Positions 11,145 through 24,724 of a stretch of 64,000 nucleotides of DNA are shown here, one piece after another. The stretch is from Octopus vulgaris (Eukaryota), in contig OX597815.1 in assembly GCA_951406725.2 (NCBI GenBank), positions 36,952,001 to 37,016,000 on the forward strand, written 5' to 3'. Under the pieces are notes generated by a model, which did not search any database, was not told the DNA's origin, and saw nothing but the letters and a program-made list of their open reading frames with translations. The position numbers were made by a program, and so were the translations under genes. The first letter of the stretch is position 1; the number at the start of each line of letters is the position of its first letter.

Positions 11145-12246
11145 TCCCAAATAAAGGGTTAAATAAAGCAGTAGACTCCTACTGTGAATATATTATGGAC
11201 TTCCCCTTTGAAAAAATTGAACATAGAAACATAAAACCAAACTTTACATAGAATGAATGGAAGAATCTACGTGAACAAAGACTAGAGGAACTGAAGGAGA
11301 CACTCATTCAAAGAGCCTTCCCTCCTGGCATAATCACCAAGGAAATAAACATGGCGAAGCAAATGGATATTAATGAACTTAGGAAAACAAAAAAAAAAAA
11401 CGAAGGAAGGAAATATGTCTTACCATTCCTGTCAACCTTCAATTCCAGAAATATCGAAATATTTGATGACATCCACAAAAACCTCCCCATCTTATTTGCA
11501 GATGAAAAATGAGAAAAATCTTAGAAAAACAACAAATCATCAAAAGCAAAAAGCAGCCCAAAACACTAAAATTTATTCTCACTGGAGCAAAAATGCACAA
11601 AGAAATCCCCAGCCCAACTGTCCCAAAATGCGGAAGAACAAACTGCGGCACTTGCCGTTAGCTAATTGAGAGACCAGAATATATATTCAAAGGTAACCAA
11701 ACCTCCAAATATAAGTCCAATCTCGCCTGCAACACGGAAAACCTGGTCTACGTAATCACATGCAATGATTGCCAACATAATTACATAAGTCAGACGGGCA
11801 GATCATTATGCAACAGTTTGATGACCCATCGCCAACACATCCAAGACAAAAACATACGGAAAATTCCTTTAAACAGTCACATTGCAACCTGTTCAGGAAT
11901 GGACTTACCAAATTTCAAGATATTTCCCCTCTACAAGTGCTTAGATTCTTTCAACCAACAACAACAAAGACTAAAGAAAGGCAATTTATTAACAAGTATA
12001 AACCACAATTAAATATACACCCAACCACTACCAACCAATAAATAAGAACAGACATTTAAAAACAATTTTATACATATTATCATTTTGAAAAATACTTCCT
12101 ATCAATTCTTAAATCTTATTCCTACTGAGGAGAGAAAACTCCGAATAACCCGTCCTTGTTTTCTTTGTATTGTCTATCTGAATGTTTTGTTGTCCCTTTT
12201 TTGTATGTCCCATTTTGTATTTTATATATATTCCCATTTTGTATTA

Positions 12247-12250
<4 letters not shown>
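11145..12250 (+). mobile_element. Internally deleted Penelope-like element (Neptune-like): Zn-finger linker, GIY-YIG endonuclease and decayed HHR
   Basis: CPKCGRTNCGTC...C.TENLVYVITCNDCQHNYISQTGRSL...HRQHI....SHIATCS...FKIFPLYK...ERQFINKYKPQLN (frameshifted); CTGAGGA-GAG-AAAA-CTC-C-GAAT at 12125-12146; ends in (TA)n. Confidence 0.88.
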
Positions 12251-12287
<37 letters not shown>

Positions 12288-12289
12288 TT

Positions 12290-13610
12290 ATACACACAAA
12301 AGAAAACATTGCAAATACACACACACACACACATACACACACATACACGCAAAAGAAAACATCATAAAAAAGCACACCCACAAACACAAAAACACTTACA
12401 CATATACACTCAAAAAACAACACACACACACACACACACGTCTGCACACACGTCTGCACACACACTCACACATACATAAACATACACACAAAAGAAAACA
12501 TCGCAAAATCACATATACACATAAACACAAACACCTATACACTAACACACACGTACAAAAGAAAACATCACAAGCACACGCACACACACAAACACACACA
12601 TACACACAAAAGAACATCGCGAGAAACACACTCACACACACTCACACACACATTCAAACACACCCACGTATACATTCACACACACACATACCTAGAGCTA
12701 GTGACCACACACATACACACAGGTGGAGACACTCAAAAGAATACATCTAATCTAAAGGAGAATCCTAATTCTTTCTTCAACAAGATATTCATCACAACAT
12801 ACTCACCCATCAAGACACAGCCGGTAACATTCCAAACATATTGAAAAGACACTCAACACAATGCACGCATATACACACTCTCTCACACAGGTGGACATAA
12901 AACCCGTTCAATGAATGCTTTTAAGCCACTCCCTTAGCCGGAACCCACAAAGATTTCTTTTAGACAATAGACAACAACACCCTCTCTCTTACTCTCTAAC
13001 ACTTTGAATTCTATACCGAACTATACCCATCCCCTAGACCCCACCCTTCCTTCTCCTACTCTCGCCTCCCCACACCCCAACAGCATCACACCACGCCACA
13101 CCACACCGTACTACACCACACCACATACCACCACCCACACACCACCATACCACACCACATCACACCACTCCGCACACACTAGCACTGACCACTTCCCACC
13201 ACCCACACCAGCGCACACACTAGCACTGATCACTTTCCAACACCTACACCATCATCCACACACTTACACATGCACACACGCTCACGTCAATATCGCCAGC
13301 CCCCTTCCACAGGCACATACACACGCACGCGCACCTTCGTTTTGGGATCACCATTACTTTATTATCTCCCCTTCTTCCTAGCTCTCCTGTGTGACCCCTC
13401 TGTCCGGCATTCGCCATGATAGATCGTTAGCCACTAAACCCTTTTCTATTTTCTCTCCGTTAATTTTGTGTTCCTTTCTGTCGAAACGTAAACGCTCGAA
13501 ACGTAAAAGACTTTCTCACTTCCCGAGCGTTAAACTAATACATCTGTCTTGTTGTTTACATACCCGTCTTCATCTTTTGCCGTTTTTTTTTTTTTACAAA
13601 TTCTCACTAT
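12290..13610 (+). mobile_element. CA-rich degenerate spacer plus family B PLE terminal repeat
   Basis: ~1.1 kb C/A-rich low-complexity tract followed by the family B terminus (CTGTCGA 13478-13484, GAAACGTA 13498-13505). Confidence 0.65.
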
Positions 13611-14041
13611 ATTTAAAGAAGACTTCAACGAAAAATCTCCAGACATGTTTTTGACCTCCCACCCCAGACAGAAGATGTACATTTTTACAAAAATTGATAA
13701 GATGAGATTCATCATTGAAGCTGATAATATTTTCTTCATATAATTTTTTAAAAATCAATTCTTATTAACTTCTTTCTTATATTGAAATGTCTTAGATTTA
13801 CTTCTGTGCTATATCCACCTCCATCTTTTATGTATAAAAATTTGATTTGTATAGATAGCTAATCTTTTTTCACCTATATATGACTCGTATTACTACCTCA
13901 GTCAATCTAAATGTATATATTTGTCGTTACCTGTCATAAATAGCCTTTTTTTTTATTTGCAATGTGCATTTTCGTTGATTTTTCATATTTTACCCTTACA
14001 TTTCCACGTGTATTTTATATTTTCTTTTTGTAACATATTTC

Positions 14042-14099
<58 letters not shown>

Positions 14100-14337
14100 G
14101 TGTGTATGTATGTATGTATGTATGTATGTATGTATAATGATACTATAACATGAGGATATAGAATAACAGGCTTTAATAGTAGCTCACAACATTTGTTTCG
14201 GCAATGCACACCAGCTTTAAGCTACGTACTGAGTTTATATTCAAAAATCTTTATATTTGGTTGTCAAATAAAGAGCTCTAATACGCACGTTACGTAGTTT
14301 TCAACCAAATTACACACACACTCTCTCTCTCTCTCTC

Positions 14338-14403
<66 letters not shown>

Positions 14404-15107
14404 GTGTGTGTGTGTGTATGTGTGTGTGTGTGTCTATATATATATCGGTGTGTGTTGGCACATATAGTTGCGTGTGTCACGAACATAGTAAAAGAACGAA
14501 GACCGACTTCAGTCTGACAAACATTACGTCCATCTTGTAGCAGTTAAGCAAAACAAGATGCATTATTATGTTCAACCACAGTTAAAACAACAACGCGCAC
14601 ACATTTCAAAATACCATTATCCACACCCTAATGGACAATATTGAATTTACATTTACAAGACTAGTCTGTCCTTAGAATAACACCAAAATTTCATCACCGC
14701 CATTTTCTTTTCACTAACTTCTTCAACAATCCTTTCCTTTTCTTTACATTCTCTTGTCTATATGTTCTGTCCTACTCTTACCTCTTCTTTGTCGTCGTCG
14801 TCATCTTCTTTCACTATTGTTTCTTTTCTTACCTTTTGTTTTTACATTTTCACCATTCCCTTATTACTATTTTCTATTTTCATGGTCTTGTTTTCTCCTG
14901 TTCAGTTCATGTTATTTTTTTTTCTTACCTGTGCATAAAAATAAGCTTCCAAGCTCACAGTTGTAGTAGCCTGAGGACGGTGAACGAGAAACTCTGTGGG
15001 GCGACTCGTAGACTGAGGTTTGAATAAATAATGTTCTCCTTCTCTTCACTCTTTCTTTCTCTCTTTCATTCTCTCTTTTTGTCTCTCTCTCTCTCACTCT
15101 ATATATT

Positions 15108-15330
15108 TGTATGTATGTATGTATGTATGTATGTATGTATGTATGTATGTATGTATGTATGTATGTATGTATGTGTGTATGTATGTACGTATGTATGTAT
15201 GTATGTACGTACGTACGTACGTATGTATGTAAGTATGTATGTATGTATGTACGTACGTACGTATGTATGTATGTATGTATGTATGTATGTATGTATGTAT
15301 GTATGTATGTATGTATGCATGCATGTATGT
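15108..15330. repeat. (TATG)n microsatellite
   Basis: Direct reading; similar tracts at 10965-11100, 32188-32276 and 48637-48782. Confidence 0.95.
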
Positions 15331-15436
15331 ATCTATCCATCTATCTGTCTATCTATATGTAAGTGTATATATGTAAACGTATACACACACACACATAGAT
15401 AAACCGTTTTGCTATATGCGGCACTGCCCACAGCAT

Positions 15437-15541
15437 CTTCTTCTTCTTCTTCTTCTTCTTCTTCTTCTTCTTCTTCTTCTTCTCCTCCTCCTCCTTCTTC
15501 TTCTTCTTCTTCTTCTTCTTCTTCTTCTTCTTCTTCTTCTC
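15437..15541. repeat. (TTC)n microsatellite
   Basis: Direct reading. Confidence 0.95.
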
Positions 15542-15967
15542 CTGATTTTTCTTCTTTCCCTCACCTTCCCCCCTTCTTCACTTTCGTCTTCTGTTCGTTT
15601 CCACCTTCCTTCCCTCTTTCTCTCCTAAATTATAGGTATCCACCCTCTTGTTTCCCCTTCAATCCACATAATATCTTCTTTACATACTCATCCCGCATAC
15701 ACACTTTTAATTTTTTCTTTTTTATTTCCCCCCGATATTTTCCTAAAAACAAGGTCTGACGGATGCACGATGTAACTGCACGCCTTTAATGTAAGTCTGA
15801 GGAAGTGCCTCTCGAATGCCTAAACCGCAAATATTACGTGATTTTTCTTTTAGAATTTTCGCGTAAACTGGCTTTGGAAATGGAGATGGTACGGAAACAT
15901 TTGTAACTCATAATTAATGATGTGTTTAGGAATTTTCTTCGTCTTCTTTTTATTGAATATATATATG

Positions 15968-15999
<32 letters not shown>

Positions 16000-16080
16000 T
16001 GTATATATATGTATATATGTGTGTGTGTGTGTGTGTGTATGTGTGTGTGTGTGTGTGAGTGTGTATGTATGCATGTATTC

Positions 16081-16291
16081 GGTCATTCAAAATGTTACCG
16101 CGTGTGTACCGTTGGCGATTTTTCTTTTCCTCCGTCTTCCCTTCTTTGGATCTTTCCTTTTCCCTTGTTTCCGACGAAGAGCTCCGCTCGAAACATTAAA
16201 TCCTCCTTCTTTCCTGAGCGTCCAATAGCACTATATTGTTCCACGTCCTCACGTTGTTATATTTTCTCTTAGTGTTTTCATGTTTGGATTA

Positions 16292-16295
<4 letters not shown>
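16081..16295 (+). mobile_element. PLE-type terminal repeat, family A
   Basis: Matches 1-165; CCGACGA-A-GAGC-TCC-GCTC-GAAA at 16171-16193; ends in (TA)n. Confidence 0.8.
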
Positions 16296-16361
<66 letters not shown>

Positions 16362-16364
16362 TCT

Positions 16365-18340
16365 CTTGGCTTGGCTTCGCTGACGAAGAATTGGAAGGCC
16401 ATTGTTCACGTCTGCACGCTCTTTCGTGGCTGATAAGGCCGATGTGGGATCGACATATCCGATTGCAATGATGACAGAGGTATGATTGTCCAGGGTCTGA
16501 TGAGGCTGCATTATCTTTTCGCCTCTGGCGTTTGCCTTCAAGAGAAGCACTGCGAGAGAACTCAAAGGAGGGAACAGTATCGCCGATGGTATGGCGCCAA
16601 GCAGCACAGTCAGGTATTAGAGTGGACCACTCACGATAATCAATGTCACAAACGCAAAGGGACTGCTTCAGACAGTTCTTGTAACATATCTTTGGTACCC
16701 CCCACTGTTGCGGTGGCCAGTAGTGAGTTCACCGTACATGATGATCTTGGGTAGGCAGTGGTCTTTCATTCTGTCAGCGTGTGCTTCCCAACGCAATCGT
16801 GTTTCAAGTAAAATGGCTTCCAGGCTGGTGGACTTTGCTCGCTTGAGGACCTCAGTGTTGGTGATGTAGTCACTCCAATAGATGTTGAGGATGGTACGAA
16901 GACAGCTTTGGTGAAAACGTTCAAGGGGCCTGTGATAACAGCGGTAGGAGCGTCGTGAGGACAATGGCCTTGTAGACTGAAATTGTGCTGATCTTAAGAT
17001 GCTTATTATTCCACACACGCCTGGGCAGTCTGCCAAATGCTTTCTCTGCCTTTGCAAGTCTGTTATCAATTTATTTGTCGTTACTCGCATGAAATGGTAC
17101 ATCCAAGATAAGTGAACTGCTGCACCGACTTCAGTTCTGTTTCGGCAATAGTGACGTGGGGCATCCTGTACTCTACTTATTGGTGTAGGACTTCAGTTTT
17201 TTTCAAACTTACTTCCAGCCCGAAGAGTTGGGTGACCTCTTTTTTTTTCCTTTTCTACTCTAGGCATAAAGCTTATATTTTTGGGGAGGGGGGGCAGTCG
17301 ATTAGATCGACCCCAGTACGGAACTGGTACTTACTTTATCGACCCTGAAAGGATAAAAGGCAAAGTCGACCTCGGCGGAATTTGAACTCAGAACATAAAG
17401 ACAGACGAAATACCACTAAGCATTTCGCCCGGCGTGCTAACATTTCTTATTTCTTTATTGCCCACAAGGGGCTACACACAGAGGGTTACAAGCAAAGACA
17501 GACAAACGGATTAAGTCGATTATATCGACCTTAGTGCGTAACTGGTACTTATTTATCGACCCCGAAAGGATGAAAGGTAAAGTCGACCTCGGCGGAATTT
17601 GAACTCAGAACATAAAGACAGACGAAATACCGCTAAGCATTTCGCCTGGCGTGCTAACATTTCTGCCAGCTCGCCGCCTTGTGCTGGGCGGCCTCTGCTG
17701 AGCTGGATGTGATTTGCTGTAGGGCTCTTTCTGTGTGTGTGACAAGTATGGCATCATCTTCAAAGAGGAGGTCCTGGATCACTTGCGTTTATGTCTTGAT
17801 GTGGGTTAGTTGGCGCCGGAGGTCGAAAAGATTGCTGCCCGGATGGTAGCTGATGTAGACGCCATCTCCAGCGTTGAGGTCTGCAGTACCTTGCTTGAGC
17901 ATCATGCGGAAAAAGATGCTGAAGGGAGTTGGTGCTAGGACACAGGCCTGCGTCACGCCGTTGTTGATGGGGAATGACTCTGGTATATGTCGCTATTCAG
18001 GCGGACTTGTACTTGCTGGTCTTCGTGAAGCTGGATGATCACGGTTAGGATTTTTAGGGAAAGCCAAGTTGGTTTAGAATCTGCCACAGACCTTCCATGC
18101 TTACAGTGTCGAACGCTTTCGTCAGGTCGACAAATGTTACATAAAGTTTCTTTTGCTCCCAGTACTTTTCTTGGAGTCACCTGAGAAGGAACACCATATC
18201 TGTTGTGTTCTGAAACCACATTGACTTTCTAGATTATTTTCGGCAATGGACAGAACAAGTCTGTTGAGGAGTAGTCTTGCTAAAACTTTTCTTGCAGTGG
18301 AAAGCAGGGTGATCCCCAGGGAGTTTAAGCAGTCTGACTT
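16365..18340 (-). mobile_element. Degenerate RTE-clade LINE (RT and C-terminus), interrupted by a SINE
   Basis: GITLLSTARKVLARLLLNRL, GVTQACVLAPTPFSIFF, DLLFEDD, LERFHQSCLRTILNIYWSDYITNTEVLKRA...RLRW..H..RM.D..LPK.IMYGEL; 3' end with short (GCCAA) repeats. Confidence 0.92.
17250..17679 (-). mobile_element. SINE family S2 with internal tandem duplication
   Basis: Two consecutive copies of the GGTCGACTTTGCCTTTCATCCTTTCGGGGTCGAT core. Confidence 0.9.
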
Positions 18341-18362
18341 TTTTTGTATATATATATATATT

Positions 18363-18673
18363 GTGGAGGCGCAATGGCCCAGTGGTTAGGGCAGCGGACT
18401 TGCGGTCGTAGGATCGTGGTTTCGATTCTCAGACCGGGCGTCGTGAGTGTTTATTGAGCAAAAACACCTAAAGCTCCACGAAACTCCGGCAGGGGGTGGT
18501 GGCAAACCCTTCTGTACTCTTCCACCACCATTTCCTCTCACTCTTTTTTCTGTTGGCCTGCTCGCTTAGCCAGCGGGGTAGCGTCATTTGAAGGCTAAAA
18601 CAATGCGAAGCGCATTGTGACCAGCGATGTGTAGCAACATCTGATAGCCTGGTCGGTCACGGTGATCACGGTG
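18363..18673 (+). mobile_element. tRNA-derived SINE family S3 (tail type 2)
   Basis: Head GTGGAGGCGCAATGGCCCAGTGGTTAGGGCAGCGGAC..GGTTTCGATTC; distinct 3' tail. Confidence 0.88.
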
Positions 18674-18688
18674 ATATATATATAGTTA

Positions 18689-20551
18689 TTGCGTCTTGCA
18701 ACCTTTTCAATAGTCTGTCCGTTATTTACACTGCGTTCCTTTTTGTTTGTTTGTGCGCATGTGTGTGGGTTAGTGTGTGTGTATGTACCTATGCATGCAT
18801 GTACGTATGTATGTATGTGTGCATGTATGTATGTATGTATGTATACACGTGTGTATGTATATGTGTGTGTGTGTGTATGCCTATGTGTATATGTATGGAT
18901 GTGCATCTCTATATGTGTGGACCCGTGTCTCCATATGCGTCCTTGTGTGGAGTAAAAATGTGTGTGTATATATGGTCATGTGTTTCAGTCTCCATTTGCG
19001 TATGTGTGCTTGTCTGTTCTTATAACTTATGTACCTATCCGTCTGTATGTTGATCTGTTTATTTTCATATCCATATGCTTACATATAGATATGAATATAA
19101 CAAGATCAACATACAGACAGATAGGTACATAGGTTATAAGAACATATAGAGATGCACATCCATACATACAAACATGGTACATAGTTGTAAAACACACACA
19201 CGCATACATGCACACACAAGGAAACAGAGGTGCATACATATACAAACACACGCTGACACACACATACATAGAAAATACACAGACACAGACATGCAAGTAC
19301 ATGAATATGCAGAATACATACATACAGATGCACACATACATACATATATACATATGCATACACACACATACATACACACACACATACATACATACGTACA
19401 TGCATGCATGCATAGGCACACGCACACACACACACTGACCAAAACACATCCGCAGAGACAAACAAAAAGGAACGCAGTGTAAATAACGGGCAGAGTCAAG
19501 AATATCGAAAAGGTTGCAAGACGCAACGACAATTTTAGGAAAATAAAAATAAGAAATAAGTGGAAATTTTACTGGTGAGTGTGTTAAATTATAAGACACA
19601 AAAAGAAAATGACTCTCCCCAGACACAACAGAATATGCTTCAACACACGAACTAATATATAGAATCTTGCAAACCAAATCCCAAAAGCGAAATATAATAA
19701 GCTTTAGCCAAACTAGTAAGACATTGAGAAACACCATGTTCTGCTATCTAAAAATCAAGATAGCTACCCGACGGCTCCACTTCATTAAAACATGCATCTC
19801 CTCCAAGCAATACACAAAGTTTGTCAATTCAGCTGCCGAGCGGTTAGGACTCACAGAACATCAAGAAAGAAAACTATCATCAATAACAACAACAACAACA
19901 ACAACAACAAATACACCTCTGGTATATATGGTGCAGTACAGCTAGATGCAGATGAAATGCATGCCTTAGAGTTACCACCAAGATTCGCTACGTATAAAAA
20001 GGTCAGAAAAATCGATTGTCTGTCTGAAATTGGAAAAAACGTTCTTAAAATTAAGATGGAGGTTAGGACAATACAACAACAACACAAACATACGAAACCA
20101 AAACAACAATAACAATAACAATAGCGGTGTTGATGACAACAACAATAGTGGCAATAACAACAACAACAACAACAACAATAACGACAACCACATCATTCCT
20201 CACTCAGACAACTATAACATCAACAACAACACATGCGTAGGAAACAGAAACAACTGTTATAATAACAACAAAATCCCACACATAACGACAACAACCACAT
20301 CATTCACACCACTACCAACATCACCCACAACAATAACAATAGGCACAAAACAAGTACTACATACACACTTACATACATACATACGTACGTACATGCATAA
20401 ATGCATAGGCACAGACACACACACACACACATACACACACACACACATACACACATTGACCCACACACATGCGCACGAACAAACAAAAAAGGAACGCAGT
20501 GTAAATAACGGACACACACACACGCACATACAAGCCAAATCCCAAAACGAA

Positions 20552-20592
<41 letters not shown>

Positions 20593-22180
20593 TACAAGTG
20601 CACACACACACACACGCGCACAGAATAACGTACAGTTACTCCACAGACGCAACCTCACGTGTACACACATACTCACACGTACACGCACATACATACACAC
20701 ACTGCAAACACTGAAAAGGTTGCAAGACGCAACAAAATTTTAGGAAAATAAAAATAAGAAATAAGTGGAAATTTTACCTGTTAAATTATAAGACACAAAA
20801 AGAAAATGACTCCCCAGACACAACAGAATATGCTTCAACACACGAACTCATATAAAGAATCTTGCAAATCAAATCCCAAAACGAAATACACACACACACA
20901 CACACGCACACACATATATATATAACTCGACACACATCTCCACGTTCACACACATATACACACGCACTCACATACACACATGCACACACACACACGCACA
21001 CACATATATATATATAACTCGACACACATCTCCACGTTCACACACATATACACACGCACTCACATACACACATGCACACACACACACACGCAGATATACT
21101 TCCAACACACGCAATACACACTCATACAGACACGTACAAAATTACACACAAATGGGCACAAGCACACACGCACATACACGCACACACACGTACGTAAGCA
21201 CATACACACATGAACGCGCATATACGCCTACACAAACCCCCACACAACCCAGGCACATACGCATTCACACGCATACATATACATACACCCACAATATATA
21301 CATACACTCACACACATACACGTACGCATACACATATAGACGCACATACACATATACGCACACATGCGCACACATACGCACGCACACGAATGCACCCATA
21401 CCTAACACTCACAACCCCACGCATACACGTATACACATCCGCATACGCACATACGCATACACATACACACGCACACTTACACGCACACAATTATACATAC
21501 ATGTACACACACACACGCACAGAGTAACGTACAGTTACTCCACAGACACAACCTCACGTGTACACACATACCCACACGTACACACACATACATACACACA
21601 CTGCAAACAAAACGCACACACACTACATATACATACACGCACACACACATACTTCAAACTACCGATATCTTTCTACTAACCATTCTTCTACGCACATGTG
21701 TAGGTAGACACACAACAGACAGCGACTCCTACCAACATTCTTACTATAAATTCTTCCTATGACCTTAAACGATACTAAGTCCAACCACAAACATACTGAA
21801 ACAGCCACAAACGCACACACATACACACACACACACGCACGTACACGTTCTATCATTACACACACTCACACAGACCTGCGCGTACGCCCATACCCACACA
21901 TACACACACATGCCTTCTTCTCTTGCACTCCTGACTTTGAAAGAATGTTTTCTTCACCCATTCCCTTCTGGTCATTTCAATATGTAACCGCATGTGTATC
22001 GTTGGCGATTTTCTTTCTCCGTTTTCCCTTCTTTGGACTTTTCTATATTTTTGATGAAGATCTCTGCTCGAAACGTGAAATCCTCTTTCTTTCTTTCATT
22101 TCCTGATCCTCCAAATAACATTGTACTTATTCCACGTCCTCGCGTTGTTGTTTTTCTTGCTAGTTCATGTTTAGATTGTT

Positions 22181-22185
<5 letters not shown>
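18689..22185 (+). mobile_element. Rearranged Penelope-like element: 5' inverted segment, ORF N-terminal remnant, CA-rich spacer, family A terminus
   Basis: Degenerate palindrome 18689-19527 (centre ~19080); GIYGAVQLDADEMHALELPPRFATY..IDCLSEI.KTFLKLRW resembles the PLE N-terminal region; 19510-19690 repeated at 20715-20885; TTGATGA-A-GATC..GCTC-GAAACGT at 22051-22076. Confidence 0.6.
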
Positions 22186-22239
<54 letters not shown>

Positions 22240-22243
<4 letters not shown>

Positions 22244-22428
22244 AGAATTCACAAAAATACAACCACAAAAGACGAAGACAGGTGGTGCAGACAACAAACA
22301 GATGTATTAGTATAACACTCGGGAAGTGAAAAAGTCTTTAACATTTCGAGCTTACGCTCTTCCATAGGAAGGAACACAGAAAGAAGCAAGGAGAGAAAAC
22401 AAAGATGTATAGTGGCTAGCGATCTATT
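22240..22428 (-). mobile_element. PLE-type terminal repeat, family B
   Basis: Reverse complement matches 2396-2590; core CTATGGA-A-GAGC-GTAA-GCTC-GAAA. Confidence 0.8.
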
Positions 22429-22481
22429 AATATGTATATATTAAAGGAACACTCCGTCGGTTACGACGACGAGGGTCCCAG

Positions 22482-23118
22482 CTTAGGGTAGCAAGAATAT
22501 TTATCGAAAAAATTCTCAGCTACCAGTGGTCTAGCGAGAAGGAAAAAATTTAGTCAATAGACTAGTCAGAGAAAAAATACAGTATTTTTTTCGATAAATA
22601 TTCTTGCTCCCCTAAGATTTTAATTAATGATAAAATGTATTTGGCTAATTTTGGAAGAAAATCGGCGATTTATTTATTTACTGCCGGTGAGTTTCCGCAT
22701 TTGCTCGGTGAATTTGAAAAATTAGAGCATTTAGACACGTGGCTGTTTATCGCTCCGTATCTATGTGTTCGGTCCTGGCAACCTACTGAAGAAGCAGCGC
22801 CAGATATAGATTGAAATTATTTTATTTCAATCTGTATTTAAGCCTGCAGAAACCTTGCAGGGTCTAGGATAATAAGGTAAAAGTTTATATTTTTCAATCA
22901 CTTTCGGAATTACAACAATTAGGGGCTTGGAGTTTAACTGCTCTTTCTAGTGAGTCACATATCCTATTCTTTGGGTATCTCTTTTGTGTTTGAATGTACA
23001 CTGTATTCTTCTCTGAATAATGTATAGTCTATTGACTAATTTTCTTTCCTTCTCGCTAGACCACTGGTAGCTAAGAATTTTTTCGATAAATATTCTTGCT
23101 ACCCTAAGACTTTAATTA
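22482..23118 (+). mobile_element. Hammerhead-bearing non-coding element: 5' inverted arm plus 492 nt unit with terminal redundancy
   Basis: 22482-22583 is the reverse complement of ~23000-23108; 22586-22626 is repeated at 23078-23118 (offset 492); followed by (TA)n interleaved with further terminus fragments up to 23337. Confidence 0.85.
22782..22868 (+). ncRNA. Type-I hammerhead ribozyme motif with extended stem II (family E)
   Basis: CCTA CTGAAGA(22786-92) A GCAG..[AGATATAGATTGAAAT / ATTTCAATCTGTATTT hairpin]..CTGC A GAAA(22849-52) CCT-TGCA-GGG TC TAGG; GUC cleavage predicted after 22864; palindromic TGCA loop 3. Confidence 0.85.
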
Positions 23119-23136
23119 TATATATATATATAAGAC

Positions 23137-23175
<39 letters not shown>

Positions 23176-23275
23176 AAAAGTCTTATATATATATATATAA
23201 TTAAAGTCTTATATATATATATAATTATATATATATATATATATATATAATTAAAGTCTTATATATATATATAAT

Positions 23276-23308
<33 letters not shown>

Positions 23309-23335
23309 AGTCTTAGGGTAGCAAGAATATTTATC

Positions 23336-23377
<42 letters not shown>

Positions 23378-23437
23378 ATCTATTAATATATTTGTACATA
23401 TATATGTTTGTATATATATATATATGTATAAAGAATA

Positions 23438-23613
23438 AAAAGTTTTGAATGGCACAACAATGCACTATAATACAAACAATGGACGATATACCTGTTGTAA
23501 CTGAAGTAGGAATTTTATTCCTAAATGTCATCAGACTATGGATAAGTCAATTACAACAGGTATATAGTCCATTGTCTGTATTATAGTGCATTGTTGTACC
23601 ATTCAAAACTTTT
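23438..23613. repeat. Inverted repeat (~65 bp arms) between (TA)-rich tracts
   Basis: AAAAGTTTTGAATGG..CCTGTTGTAA / TTACAACAGG..CCATTCAAAACTTTT. Confidence 0.9.
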
Positions 23614-23784
23614 CAGTCTTTACAAACAATACGCAATGTTTTAAGCGAACTACAATACTCTCTTATATATGTATATGCATATAAGTATAAATGCATACAC
23701 ACACACACATCTTATCTGTGTGTGTATATCTGTAGATATATTTGTTCATAATATATGTTTGTATTTACATATGTATATTCATAT

Positions 23785-23841
<57 letters not shown>

Positions 23842-23848
23842 TGTACAT

Positions 23849-23914
<66 letters not shown>

Positions 23915-23937
23915 GTACGTATATATATGTATACTTA

Positions 23938-24422
<485 letters not shown>

Positions 24423-24655
24423 GTATTTATATATCTATATGAATATAGATATATAAATACATACATATATATGTCCAAATATATCTATAGATATACACAT
24501 AGATATATGCATATCTATCTATGTATATACACATGTATACATAGATATATATGCATATATATCTATATATACACACAAATATATATATATATATATACAT
24601 ACATATACATACATACAAATATATATATATATATATATACACATATGTATTCATG

Positions 24656-24722
<67 letters not shown>

Positions 24723-24724
24723 AC

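Noticed and set aside
14965-15010. CTGAGGA...GAAA hammerhead-like motif
   Set aside because: Stem II is poor, there is no UH site and no stem I partner; at best a fossil.
15793-15825. CTGAGGA-A-GTG-CCT-CTC-GAAT motif
   Set aside because: Broken GAAA box, mismatched stem II and no stems I/III.
23500-23545. CTGATGA (minus) / CTGAAGT (plus) next to an AGGAAT/ATTCCT hairpin in an inverted-repeat loop
   Set aside because: No GAAA box in register on either strand; cannot be called a hammerhead.
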